Position numbers and translations under genes: made by a program. A stretch of 64,000 nucleotides of DNA from Ignavibacteriaceae bacterium. GTDB lineage: Bacteria > Bacteroidota > Ignavibacteria > Ignavibacteriales > Ignavibacteriaceae. Numbering within the stretch: position 1 is the stretch's first letter; every line of letters starts with the position of its first letter. The notes under the pieces were generated by a model. The model was not told the origin of the DNA. It made no database searches and worked only from the letters and a program-made list of their open reading frames with translations. Below are positions 1-7,876 of this stretch, in pieces. Location: NCBI GenBank assembly GCA_041671545.1, contig JBAZBI010000016.1:20637-84636 (forward strand), written 5' to 3'.

Positions 1-2430
1 GTTGTTTCACCCCTCATCGCATTGATGAAAGATCAAGTTGACGGACTTAATAAAACTGAATTGATTTCAGCTTTTATTAACAGCTCGCTTGAGTATTATG
101 AAATTGAACGGATCTTAAAAGAAGTTTCGTACGGAAAAATTAAATTGCTTTACGTTGCGCCTGAACGATTTGAGAATCTTTACTTTGCCGAAAAGATAAA
201 GCAGCTTAATCCCAAATTTGTTTTTGTTGATGAAGCGCATTGTATTTCAGAATGGGGACACAACTTCCGCCCAAGTTACCGGAAGATAAAAGAGTTCCTC
301 ACCTTTTCCGGCGTAAAAAAGATTGCCGCTTTTACGGCAACAGCAACCCCGGAAGTCCGCGATGATATTCTCGCTCAACTTGGATTAAAAGAACCGAAAG
401 TTTTTGTGCGGGGATTTGAGCGCGAGAATCTTTCCATCAAAGTCATTCACACAAAAAAGAAAGATGAAAAAGTTGTTGAGTTGGTTTCTCTTTACAAAAC
501 TCCGGCGATCATTTATACTTCTTCCAGAAAAAAAGCGGAAGATGTTTCTCAAGTTTTGTCAATGTACAAAATCAAAAATGCTTTTTACCACGCGGGACTC
601 ACCCAAGCGCAACGTAAGCGGATTCAAGAAGAATTTCTCGAAAGCAAAACTCCCGTAATCATCGCCACAAATGCGTTTGGAATGGGGATCGATAAAAAAG
701 ATATTCGCCTCGTTGTTCACTACAATATGCCGGGAACGATCGAAAATTATTATCAAGAAATCGGCAGAGCAGGCAGAGACGGCAAACCTTCTACTGCTGT
801 TTTATTGTTTGAGTCGAACGATTCTTCCATTCATCAATACTTTATTCAATCTTCATATCCCGATAAAGAGCTGCTACAAAAGTTGTACGATGGACTTTGT
901 ACTTACGGCAAAGTAAAAATCGGCGAGGCAAGAGAAGCAGAAATCCCGATCAATTTTGAATATCTCTCTTCATTCGTGAAGAAGGATTTCTCCAAGGGAT
1001 TGATGATGGCGGCGATCAAAATTCTTGAGGAAGCCGGACATCTAAAATTCATTTCCGATTTTGAACGGCAAAACTCTCTACAGATCATTATCGATCTGGA
1101 ACATCTAAAGAATTACACAAAGCATTTAAAATCTCCTCTAAAAAAAGAGCTCATCATTTTCTTGCTGCGGAAATTCGGTTCATATCTATTTACTTCAAAG
1201 ATTAATTTTTCTTTACAAGATTTCGCCAACGACCTAAATTCTTCAACTGATGAAATTGACAAAGCTCTCCTCTCTTTGCAGCACAGCGGAATTCTTGAGT
1301 ACACTAAACCACTTGGCAGAGAAGCGTTATTCTTAAAAGGTCCGCGCGTGGAAAGTTCGCGGCTCAACATTAACTACATGAAATTGAATCAAGCTTATTT
1401 CCATGCGCAGAAAAAACTTGAGCAGATGATCGATTTTGTTTATTGCAAGGAATGCAGATTCAAATTTATCCTACGTTACTTTGGGGAAGAAGTTTCAACG
1501 TATAAATGTAATAAGTGCGATTCTTGCGTAACAAAGGATTCGCTGCCGGAAGCCACCATCGATTATTTGCGCGAAATAATTTTAAGAACCGCGCATGAAA
1601 TGGATCTCGGTATAAACGAAGCGCAGTGTGTGGCAATTCTTTCCGGTTCTACCAAAGCAGCGAACTTAAAAACTGTTTCTACGTTTGGCGTTTGTTCAAC
1701 TTTTTCAAAACAAGATATCATCACGGTTATTAGGTATCTGATTGATACGGAAGATTTGCAGAAGGACACAAAACAATTCAAGAAGATTTTTCTTACGAAT
1801 AAAGGAAAGCAGTTTCTTCTGCAAAAAGGGATTGTGGCTCCAACCGAACAACCGCAGAATTATGAAAAGAATTTGGAGTTGTTTCATTTGTTAAAAGAAG
1901 CGAGAGACAAAGTTGCGCTCAAGTTCGGGCAGCCAAAGTACATTGTCTGCGGCGATGATGTTCTCCGCGAGCTTGCAGAGATAAAACCTGTCACTCATTT
2001 TGAGATGCTGCAAATAAAGGGATTTAATCAGCGGATGTTCACAAAACTTGGAAATTCTTTCTTAGAGATCATCGAAGGTTTTAGCGAAAACGATTCAACT
2101 TTGTTTAGCGAGATAAAAATTGATAAAAAATCTCTCCCATCTTCCATAACGGAAACGTACCACTTAATTCAAAAAGGATTTACATTAAAAGAAATTGCTG
2201 TGACGAGGAAACTCGCCGAGCCGGTAATTTCTATGCAGGTGGAAACGATCCTGGAGTATTTCCCCGAAACGGATATTTCATCTCTCTTAACTGAAGAGCT
2301 TTATCAGCAAATTTCTTTGCAGGCGCAAAAGGGATTTTCAAACTTAAAAGAATTAAAAAAGCGGCTTCCCGAGTTTATCAGTTACGCCGCTATAAGAATT
2401 GTAATTGCGAAGATGAAAACTATAACTTGA
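1..2430 (+). CDS. recQ: ATP-dependent DNA helicase RecQ (5' end lies outside window)
   Basis: Frame open from base 1 (VVSPLIALMKDQVDGL). DEAH box FVFVDEAHCISEWGHNFRP, helicase C motifs (ATNAFGMGIDKKDIRLVVHY, QEIGRAGRDG), Zn-finger cysteines, HRDC-like segment, extra C-terminal repeats. Confidence 0.92.
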   Translation, partial: VVSPLIALMKDQVDGLNKTELISAFINSSLEYYEIERILKEVSYGKIKLLYVAPERFENLYFAEKIKQLNPKFVFVDEAHCISEWGHNFRPSYRKIKEFLTFSGVKKIAAFTATATPEVRDDILAQLGLKEPKVFVRGFERENLSIKVIHTKKKDEKVVELVSLYKTPAIIYTSSRKKAEDVSQVLSMYKIKNAFYHAGLTQAQRKRIQEEFLESKTPVIIATNAFGMGIDKKDIRLVVHYNMPGTIENYYQEIGRAGRDGKPSTAVLLFESNDSSIHQYFIQSSYPDKELLQKLYDGLCTYGKVKIGEAREAEIPINFEYLSSFVKKDFSKGLMMAAIKILEEAGHLKFISDFERQNSLQIIIDLEHLKNYTKHLKSPLKKELIIFLLRKFGSYLFTSKINFSLQDFANDLNSSTDEIDKALLSLQHSGILEYTKPLGREALFLKGPRVESSRLNINYMKLNQAYFHAQKKLEQMIDFVYCKECRFKFILRYFGEEVSTYKCNKCDSCVTKDSLPEATIDYLREIILRTAHEMDLGINEAQCVAILSGSTKAANLKTVSTFGVCSTFSKQDIITVIRYLIDTEDLQKDTKQFKKIFLTNKGKQFLLQKGIVAPTEQPQNYEKNLELFHLLKEARDKVALKFGQPKYIVCGDDVLRELAEIKPVTHFEMLQIKGFNQRMFTKLGNSFLEIIEGFSENDSTLFSEIKIDKKSLPSSITETYHLIQKGFTLKEIAVTRKLAEPVISMQVETILEYFPETDISSLLTEELYQQISLQAQKGFSNLKELKKRLPEFISYAAIRIVIAKMKTIT

Positions 2431-2463
2431 GGAGACTAAAAAATAAAATTATTTAAGATGTGT

Positions 2464-2507
2464 GGATGAATGAATGGTTGCATGAAATATAGTAAGATCA
2501 TTCATCC
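2464..2507. repeat. family-2 (GAATGAATGG) hairpin, copy A
   Basis: GGATGAATGA / TCATTCATCC 10-bp stem with a 24-nt loop. Contains GAATGGTTGCATGA, also present (reverse complement) at 9955-9968. Confidence 0.55.
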
Positions 2508-2586
2508 ATTCATTTTCATTCATTCTCTTAAAATTTTGTTAGCAAATATTCTTGTTGGAAGATTTTGAACTGAGGAATTTTACGAC

Positions 2587-2922
2587 CTACTTGTTCCTTC
2601 TTTTTTTCTGCTGAGCTTCTAAATTCTCCATCACTTTTCCGAAAAACTCCGCCCACTTTTTCTGATCGCTGTTGTACTCGTTAATTGTGGAAAGATATTC
2701 TTCTTCTGTAACAGAATATTTTTTATAAAGTTTTTCTCTGATCTTTTTTGATGAAGCAACATCGCTGCCGAGTGAATCTTGCGCAATTAAGTAATCTGTA
2801 TAAAACTTTATGAATTTATCTTGCTCAATAGTTTTTACATTCGTAGCATAAAAAACAATTGCGGCAAACCCAATGGTTACCGCCGCTAAAATAATCAACC
2901 AGAACTGTTTCTTCCGCTGCAT
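2587..2922 (-). CDS. hypothetical N-terminally membrane-anchored protein
   Basis: 111-aa ORF with one hydrophobic helix (FWLIILAAVTIGFAAIVFY). Starts 3 nt after the rhomboid stop, so probably co-transcribed. Confidence 0.5.
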   Translation of the reverse strand: MQRKKQFWLIILAAVTIGFAAIVFYATNVKTIEQDKFIKFYTDYLIAQDSLGSDVASSKKIREKLYKKYSVTEEEYLSTINEYNSDQKKWAEFFGKVMENLEAQQKKRRNK

Positions 2923-2925
2923 GTT

Positions 2926-3837
2926 TTACATTTTCCGGCTTGCTTCAAAAAGAATTTTCTTTTCACGTTCGGTTAAGTTCTTATAACCTGACTGACTGAT
3001 CTTATCCAATATTTTATCAATATCTTCTTGTGTAACATCACTATGATCTTCGTTATTCACATCATAAAATTTTGCGTCTTCAACATCAGGTTCCGTTTTC
3101 TTGAATGGATTCTTAAATACCGGTTTTTGAAAAACATCTCGCGGCGGAGCATATCCTCTGCGTGAAGCGCCGAACATTTGCTTAAAACTAACCATCGAAT
3201 CTTTGTCAAAAAGTATAAACAAAAATCCGACAAGCCCTCCTCCCAAATGTGCAAGATGTGCAGTGCTGTCTCCGTTCGGAACGGCGATAAAATCGAACAC
3301 TACCATTAATGCGATAAAATATTTTGCCTTAACCGGAATAAAGAAATAGAGAAATATTAATCTGTCCGGGAAGAACATTGCGAACGCGATCATCACACCG
3401 TAAATAGCTCCGGATGCGCCGATAGTTGGAGCCAAAGCTCCGGTTAAAACGGGAGAAAGGAAGAGATGCAAAAGTCCCGCACCGATTCCGCACAACAAAT
3501 AATATAATAAGAATTTTTTTGAACCGTATGTGTTTTCAATATCGGCGCCAAACATCCATAAGGCGAACATATTGAACAGTATGTGCGAAAATCCGCCGTG
3601 CAAAAATTGGTAAGTAATTAACTGCCAGATCTGGAAACCATATCCAAGAGGCATTAACGCAAACCAATTAAAAATTATTTGTTCCACAGGGACACCACCA
3701 AACAAAAACCGTCCCATTAAGAACATTAAAACAAATACTGCTGCATTGATGATAAGCAGATTTTTAATTACCGGCGGGAATAAACTGAAGCTACCGAATC
3801 CGCCTTGTTTGTTATAATTTCTATCGTATAAACCCAT
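2926..3837 (-). CDS. rhomboid family intramembrane serine protease
   Basis: Multi-TM protein with catalytic GASGAIYG serine motif and HLAHLGG histidine motif. Confidence 0.85.
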   Translation of the reverse strand: MGLYDRNYNKQGGFGSFSLFPPVIKNLLIINAAVFVLMFLMGRFLFGGVPVEQIIFNWFALMPLGYGFQIWQLITYQFLHGGFSHILFNMFALWMFGADIENTYGSKKFLLYYLLCGIGAGLLHLFLSPVLTGALAPTIGASGAIYGVMIAFAMFFPDRLIFLYFFIPVKAKYFIALMVVFDFIAVPNGDSTAHLAHLGGGLVGFLFILFDKDSMVSFKQMFGASRRGYAPPRDVFQKPVFKNPFKKTEPDVEDAKFYDVNNEDHSDVTQEDIDKILDKISQSGYKNLTEREKKILFEASRKM

Positions 3838-3855
3838 TAATCTCTCTTCATAGTT

Positions 3856-3876
3856 TTTAGTTGTCAGTAATCAGTT
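3856..3876 (-). repeat. 21-nt leader motif, copy 1 (upstream of rhomboid gene)
   Basis: TTTAGTTGTCAGTAATCAGTT matches 38091-38111 at 20/21 positions. On the minus strand it is part of the heptad series ACTGAAA ACTGATT ACTGACA ACTAAAA ACTATGA. Confidence 0.7.
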
Positions 3877-3885
3877 TTCAGTTCT

Positions 3886-3927
3886 CTTAATCTTAATCTT
3901 ATTCTTATTCATAATCATAATCTCAAT
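3886..3927. repeat. hexamer doublet tract
   Basis: CTTAAT CTTAAT CTTATT CTTATT CATAAT CATAAT CTCAAT. Overlaps the DUF433 stop codon. Confidence 0.7.
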
Positions 3928-4123
3928 CTTTTGCTTCTGCTTCAAACTGTAATGATTGAATTGCCTGCTCTTTAGAAACAGAAGGAAAATCCTCAAGAAA
4001 GTCATCAACAGAAATTCCTTTTTCTAAATGATCGAACAACGTCTGGATTGGAACTCTTGTTCCCGAAAAAACAGGAGTTCCACCCAAAATTTCTTTATCA
4101 ATATTTATAAAATCTCTTTTCAT
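3923..4123 (-). CDS. DUF433 domain protein (antitoxin-like, no partner gene)
   Basis: 66 aa. GGTPVFSGTRVPIQTLFDHLEKGISVDDFLEDFPSVSKEQ matches the DUF433 pattern. Confidence 0.75.
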   Translation of the reverse strand: MKRDFINIDKEILGGTPVFSGTRVPIQTLFDHLEKGISVDDFLEDFPSVSKEQAIQSLQFEAEAKD

Positions 4124-4180
4124 AAGATTCTCTTTTTTTAATTCTTAATCATAATCCGCTTTTCCTAATCAAAGGAAAAA

Positions 4181-4260
4181 ATGAATAACGAACAAGGGAC
4201 AGAATTACGAAGAAAAAAACTTCATCATTCGTCATTCCTTGTTCAATATTCGATATTCAA
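4181..4260 (+). repeat. family-1 palindromic intergenic element, copy 1 (~80 bp)
   Basis: Shares a 17-mer ATGAATAACGAACAAGG and a 27-mer ATTCCTTGTTCAATATTCGATATTCAA with the reverse complement of 12562-12645. The arms are mutually inverted, giving a long imperfect hairpin. Confidence 0.75.
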
Positions 4261-4270
4261 ATCAAATTTT

Positions 4271-4293
4271 TTGAATGATTTTTAATCATTCAA
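4271..4293 (-). other. perfect 10-bp hairpin spanning the pgk stop codon
   Basis: TTGAATGATT-TTT-AATCATTCAA. One arm encodes the last pgk codons. No U-tract on the minus strand. Confidence 0.4.
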
Positions 4294-5475
4294 CGCTTCA
4301 ACACCGGGAAGAACTTTCCCTTCAAGGAATTCCAACGAAGCGCCGCCGCCTGTAGAAACGTGCGAAACTTGTTTCTCAAGTCCCGCTTTTGCAATTGCCG
4401 CGGCAGAATCTCCACCGCCGATAACGGTTATTGCACCTTTTGCCGTTACTTCAGCTAACACTTCTGCAATGGCATTTGTTCCTTTGGCAAAATTGTCAAA
4501 TTCAAAAACGCCCATCGGTCCGTTCCAAACGATGGTTTTTGAATTTCTAATTGCTTCGCTGAATAACTTAATAGATTCCGGTCCAATATCCAACCCCATT
4601 TTGTCAGACGGCAATTCATTAACTTTAACAACTTCTTGTGGTGAATCGTTCTTAAATTCCGACGTAACAACTACATCAACCGGAAGAAGGAATTGTAATT
4701 TTTTTGATTTTACTTTTTCAAGCAATTCTTTTGCAAGATCGACTTTTTCCGCTTCAAGCAAAGACATTCCGATCTCCCAGCCTTGCGCTTTGTAAAAAGT
4801 ATAAGCCATTCCGCCGCCGATGATGAGCGTATCAACTTTGTCTAAAAGATTGTTTATCACATCGATCTTGCCGGAAATTTTTGCTCCGCCGAGAATTGCG
4901 CAATAGGGACGCTCAGGATTGCCGACCGCTTTGCCCAAATAATTTAATTCTTTTTCCATTAAGTAACCCGCAACCGAAACCGCAAGAAATTTTGTTACAC
5001 CTTCTGTTGATGCGTGTGCGCGGTGTGCGCTTCCGAAAGCGTCGTTCACATAAATATCGCCAAGTTCCGCAAGCTGTTTTGCAAATGCGGGATCGTTCTT
5101 TTCTTCTTCTTCGTGGAAACGCAAATTTTCTAACAGAAGTACGTCGCCGCTTTTCATTTCATTTACTTGCGCTTTTACCGCTTCACCGATGCAGTCTGAT
5201 GCGAGTTTAACTTCCTTACCAATAAGTTCGGAAAGTTTTTTTGCGGCGGGAGCCAAACTGTATTTGGGATTTACTTTTCCTTTCGGCCTGCCAAGGTGAC
5301 TCATCAAAATGGCTTTGCCACCTTCGGCAATAATTTTCTTTATTGTCGGGAGTGATTCTACAATGCGTTTGTCGTCTGTTACGTTTAGATTTTCATCTAA
5401 CGGAACGTTAAAATCTACGCGAACGAGCACGCGTTTATCTTTTAATTCTATATGGTCAATGGTTCTTTTTTTCAT
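4282..5475 (-). CDS. pgk: phosphoglycerate kinase
   Basis: 397 aa. Hallmark [15 protein letters not shown], and C-terminal GGGDSAAA / [14 protein letters not shown]. Confidence 0.96.
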   Translation of the reverse strand: MKKRTIDHIELKDKRVLVRVDFNVPLDENLNVTDDKRIVESLPTIKKIIAEGGKAILMSHLGRPKGKVNPKYSLAPAAKKLSELIGKEVKLASDCIGEAVKAQVNEMKSGDVLLLENLRFHEEEEKNDPAFAKQLAELGDIYVNDAFGSAHRAHASTEGVTKFLAVSVAGYLMEKELNYLGKAVGNPERPYCAILGGAKISGKIDVINNLLDKVDTLIIGGGMAYTFYKAQGWEIGMSLLEAEKVDLAKELLEKVKSKKLQFLLPVDVVVTSEFKNDSPQEVVKVNELPSDKMGLDIGPESIKLFSEAIRNSKTIVWNGPMGVFEFDNFAKGTNAIAEVLAEVTAKGAITVIGGGDSAAAIAKAGLEKQVSHVSTGGGASLEFLEGKVLPGVEALND

Positions 5476-5554
5476 TTCATCCTCAATTTTTAATTAATTG
5501 CACCTGCAAGTTACGGAAAAGGGAGAAATATGAATGTGAAATAATTTTACAGAC

Positions 5555-5790
5555 GAATAACGGAGTTTTAAGAATCAGACGAAGGAAAAATGAAAAAAAT
5601 TGGGAAAAGAAATGTTATCACATTTTTATCGTAACCAACATTTTATCTGAAAAAAATCGCAATAGGACGCAGATTTATTAAGATTGTTTATGATCAGCGC
5701 TGATTATAATAAATCTTAAAAAATCAGCGTCCCATCGTTTTCTTGTATTTACTTCTAAATTCATCATTCTTTGTTCATTATTCGATATTC
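5555..5790 (+). repeat. possible degenerate or expanded family-1 element
   Basis: Left part is GAATAACGG...AGAATCAGACGAAGGAAAAA (5555-5599). Right part TTCATCATTCTTTGTTCATTATTCGATATTC (5760-5790) resembles the copy 1 ends. About 160 bp of other sequence lies between them. Confidence 0.3.
5665..5732. repeat. 68-bp near-perfect palindrome
   Basis: Arms 5665-5698 and 5699-5732. By hand count, 29 Watson-Crick and 1 G-T of 34 positions pair, with no spacer. The centre is ATCAGC|GCTGAT. Confidence 0.85.
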
Positions 5791-5826
5791 TTTTGAACTT
5801 ATAGAACCGCCCTTAAATTTGTTGTG

Positions 5827-5848
5827 GAGACTTGCCATGGCAAGTCTC
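5827..5848. repeat. perfect 22-bp palindrome
   Basis: GAGACTTGCCA|TGGCAAGTCTC, about 25 nt downstream of the zinc-ribbon gene stop. Confidence 0.85.
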
Positions 5849-5872
5849 TACAAACGAAAAAACTACCAACCG

Positions 5873-6595
5873 TTATACGTTATCATCGCCAAACTCAGCC
5901 GAGACAAGAATTCTACCGCAATACTCGCAATAGTGTATTTTATCTTTCTTTCTTATCTCTATCTGTTTTTGCGAAGGAATAATTTTGTGGCAGCCGGAAC
6001 AAGCTGAACGGACAACCGTGGCAACCGCCAATCCTTTTTTAGCTTTGCGTATGCGGAGATAAGCTGCGTAATCGCCTTTCCGTATTTGCGGTTCAATTTT
6101 GGAGCGTTCGGCTAAATATTTTGCTTCTTCTTTTTCGTTCGACTTAATGATCCGGTCTAAGTCTTCTTCTTTTTCTTTTAATTCTTTTTTCAACTCATCT
6201 AATTGCGGAGTTATTTCTTCAATTTCAAAGCTGAGTTTTTTGCTCAAATCTGCCAACGAATCATTTTCCGCGTGATGCTTTTTGATAATGTCGTCGGAGT
6301 GATCGATCTCTTTTGTAAGCGCATCGTACTCTTTATTGTTCCTTACGGAATAAAGCTGAGCTTTAAACTTTTTCTGGTTATCGATCAGCCGGTCAATTTC
6401 TTCTTCGTTCTTCCCCCGTTTAACAATAGAAGTTTCCTGCTCATCTTCTTTTTCTTTTACCAATCGCTCTAAATTATTTATTTGCGAAACGAGTGCTTGT
6501 ACATTCAGCGGCAGATCTCCGCGTAATTCTTCCAAATGATCAAGTTGATTATCGATCTCCTGGAGCTGGTAGAGCAGTTTTAATTTATTTTGCAA
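5873..6595 (-). CDS. coiled-coil C4 zinc-ribbon protein (COG1579-like)
   Basis: Long coiled-coil followed by CSGCHKIIP...YCEYCGRIL. Conserved pairing with the adjacent Nif3-family gene. Confidence 0.75.
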   Translation of the reverse strand: MQNKLKLLYQLQEIDNQLDHLEELRGDLPLNVQALVSQINNLERLVKEKEDEQETSIVKRGKNEEEIDRLIDNQKKFKAQLYSVRNNKEYDALTKEIDHSDDIIKKHHAENDSLADLSKKLSFEIEEITPQLDELKKELKEKEEDLDRIIKSNEKEEAKYLAERSKIEPQIRKGDYAAYLRIRKAKKGLAVATVVRSACSGCHKIIPSQKQIEIRKKDKIHYCEYCGRILVSAEFGDDNV

Positions 6596-6608
6596 CGTAG
6601 TATCTCCT

Positions 6609-7721
6609 TTAATTAATAAAAAAATTTATTGGACTTGTAGTTTTTCCAAATAGAAAAACGTTAGACTTTTCATTATTCGATCTTAAAAATTTTGCCAGGC
6701 GAAGTTTTATTTCGGGAAGAATATGAATTTCCGTTTCGTAATGTCCGGCATCGATTAATAAGATATTTTTATTTGCATCATGGAAAGCATGGTATTTAAT
6801 ATCCGCTGTTACAAAAGCATCCGCTTTTTTGGCGATTGCTTCTTTCAGAAGCTCGCTTCCGGAGCCTCCGCAGACCGCCACAGTGGAAACGGTTTTTCCT
6901 TTTCCCGGTGCAAATCTTACAGCAGTTTTTAATTTATTTGAAACGTGAGCGAGAAATTCTTTTTCCTTCATCGGGGTTTTAAGCGTTCCGATGGCGCCGA
7001 AACCATATTTCTTGTTTTCGTTTTTTAAGGGATAAATATCAAAAGCAGGTTCTTCGTACGGATGATTAGTTTTTATGGCTGTTATCGCTTTGCCGAGATT
7101 CCAATCATCAACCACAACTTCCAAGCGGATTTCTTCAATTGCTTCAAATTTATTTTTTTCACCTACCACTGGATTTGATGCGTCCGAACCTTTGAAAGTT
7201 CCCTTTCCGTTACTTCTAAAACTGCATTTATCATATTCACCGATCTTTCCTGCACCGGTCTGGAACAAAGCTTCCGCAACCTTATCTACAGCATCTTCCG
7301 GAACAAATACCACAATCTTGGATTGATTTTCTTTTTGGCTTGCGAGAAAACGAATATTCGTAAATTCTAATTTTTTTGCAAGTGCAAAACTTACGCCGTC
7401 GGTAGTAAAATCCAGATTTGTATGAAATGAGAGAAGTGTGAGATTGTTTTTTAAAAGAAGTTCGGTCAGTTTGGAAATCGGGTCTCGGTCAGTATCAATT
7501 TTTTTTAGCGGTGTAAAGAGAAGCGGATGATGCGAAATTATGAGGTTACATTTCCTTTTCACCGCTTCGGAAATAACCTCATGGGTCACCTCTAAGCAAA
7601 GCATGACGTTTTCCACGGCGTTACTCAACGCACCAACCTGCAAACCGACATTATCCTTTTGCCATGCGATCTGCGGCGGAGCCCATCCTTCAATAAAGTT
7701 TAGTACCGAGTTAATATTCAT
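6609..7721 (-). CDS. Nif3-like dinuclear metal centre protein (YbgI family)
   Basis: N-terminus WQKDNVGLQVG, IISHHPLLF, C-terminal DAGHYETE. Long form with a central insert domain. Confidence 0.85.
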   Translation of the reverse strand: MNINSVLNFIEGWAPPQIAWQKDNVGLQVGALSNAVENVMLCLEVTHEVISEAVKRKCNLIISHHPLLFTPLKKIDTDRDPISKLTELLLKNNLTLLSFHTNLDFTTDGVSFALAKKLEFTNIRFLASQKENQSKIVVFVPEDAVDKVAEALFQTGAGKIGEYDKCSFRSNGKGTFKGSDASNPVVGEKNKFEAIEEIRLEVVVDDWNLGKAITAIKTNHPYEEPAFDIYPLKNENKKYGFGAIGTLKTPMKEKEFLAHVSNKLKTAVRFAPGKGKTVSTVAVCGGSGSELLKEAIAKKADAFVTADIKYHAFHDANKNILLIDAGHYETEIHILPEIKLRLAKFLRSNNEKSNVFLFGKTTSPINFFIN

Positions 7722-7723
7722 AT

Positions 7724-7757
7724 AAAAAAAAAGTGCACTTTTGCGGAAAGTGCACTT
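7724..7757 (-). terminator. intrinsic terminator-like hairpin abutting the nif3-like start codon
   Basis: Minus strand reads AAGTGCACTTT-CCGCA-AAAGTGCACTT (11-bp perfect stem) followed by a T-run, then AT ATG (start at 7721). Confidence 0.7.
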
Positions 7758-7876
7758 ATTGGTTGCAATACTTATAAAGAGTTCTAATTTTTGACTTAAA
7801 TATACGTGTCTTCAAATACCTGATTTTCATTTTTTTCAATACCAATTTAAAAGATTTGATGAAAATTACCAACTAT

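Noticed and set aside
3886-3927. Hexamer, heptad and other short tandem repeats as a CRISPR array
   Set aside because: Repeat units are 6-7 nt with no spacers of 25-40 nt and no cas genes. I saw no CRISPR-like array anywhere in the window.
4181-4282. Micro-ORF MNNEQG... inside both family-1 repeat copies (also 12556-12648 on the minus strand)
   Set aside because: Peptide similarity simply mirrors nucleotide identity of the repeat arms. The third, degenerate copy lacks the ATG. Frame preservation across the diverged centre has a one-in-three chance.
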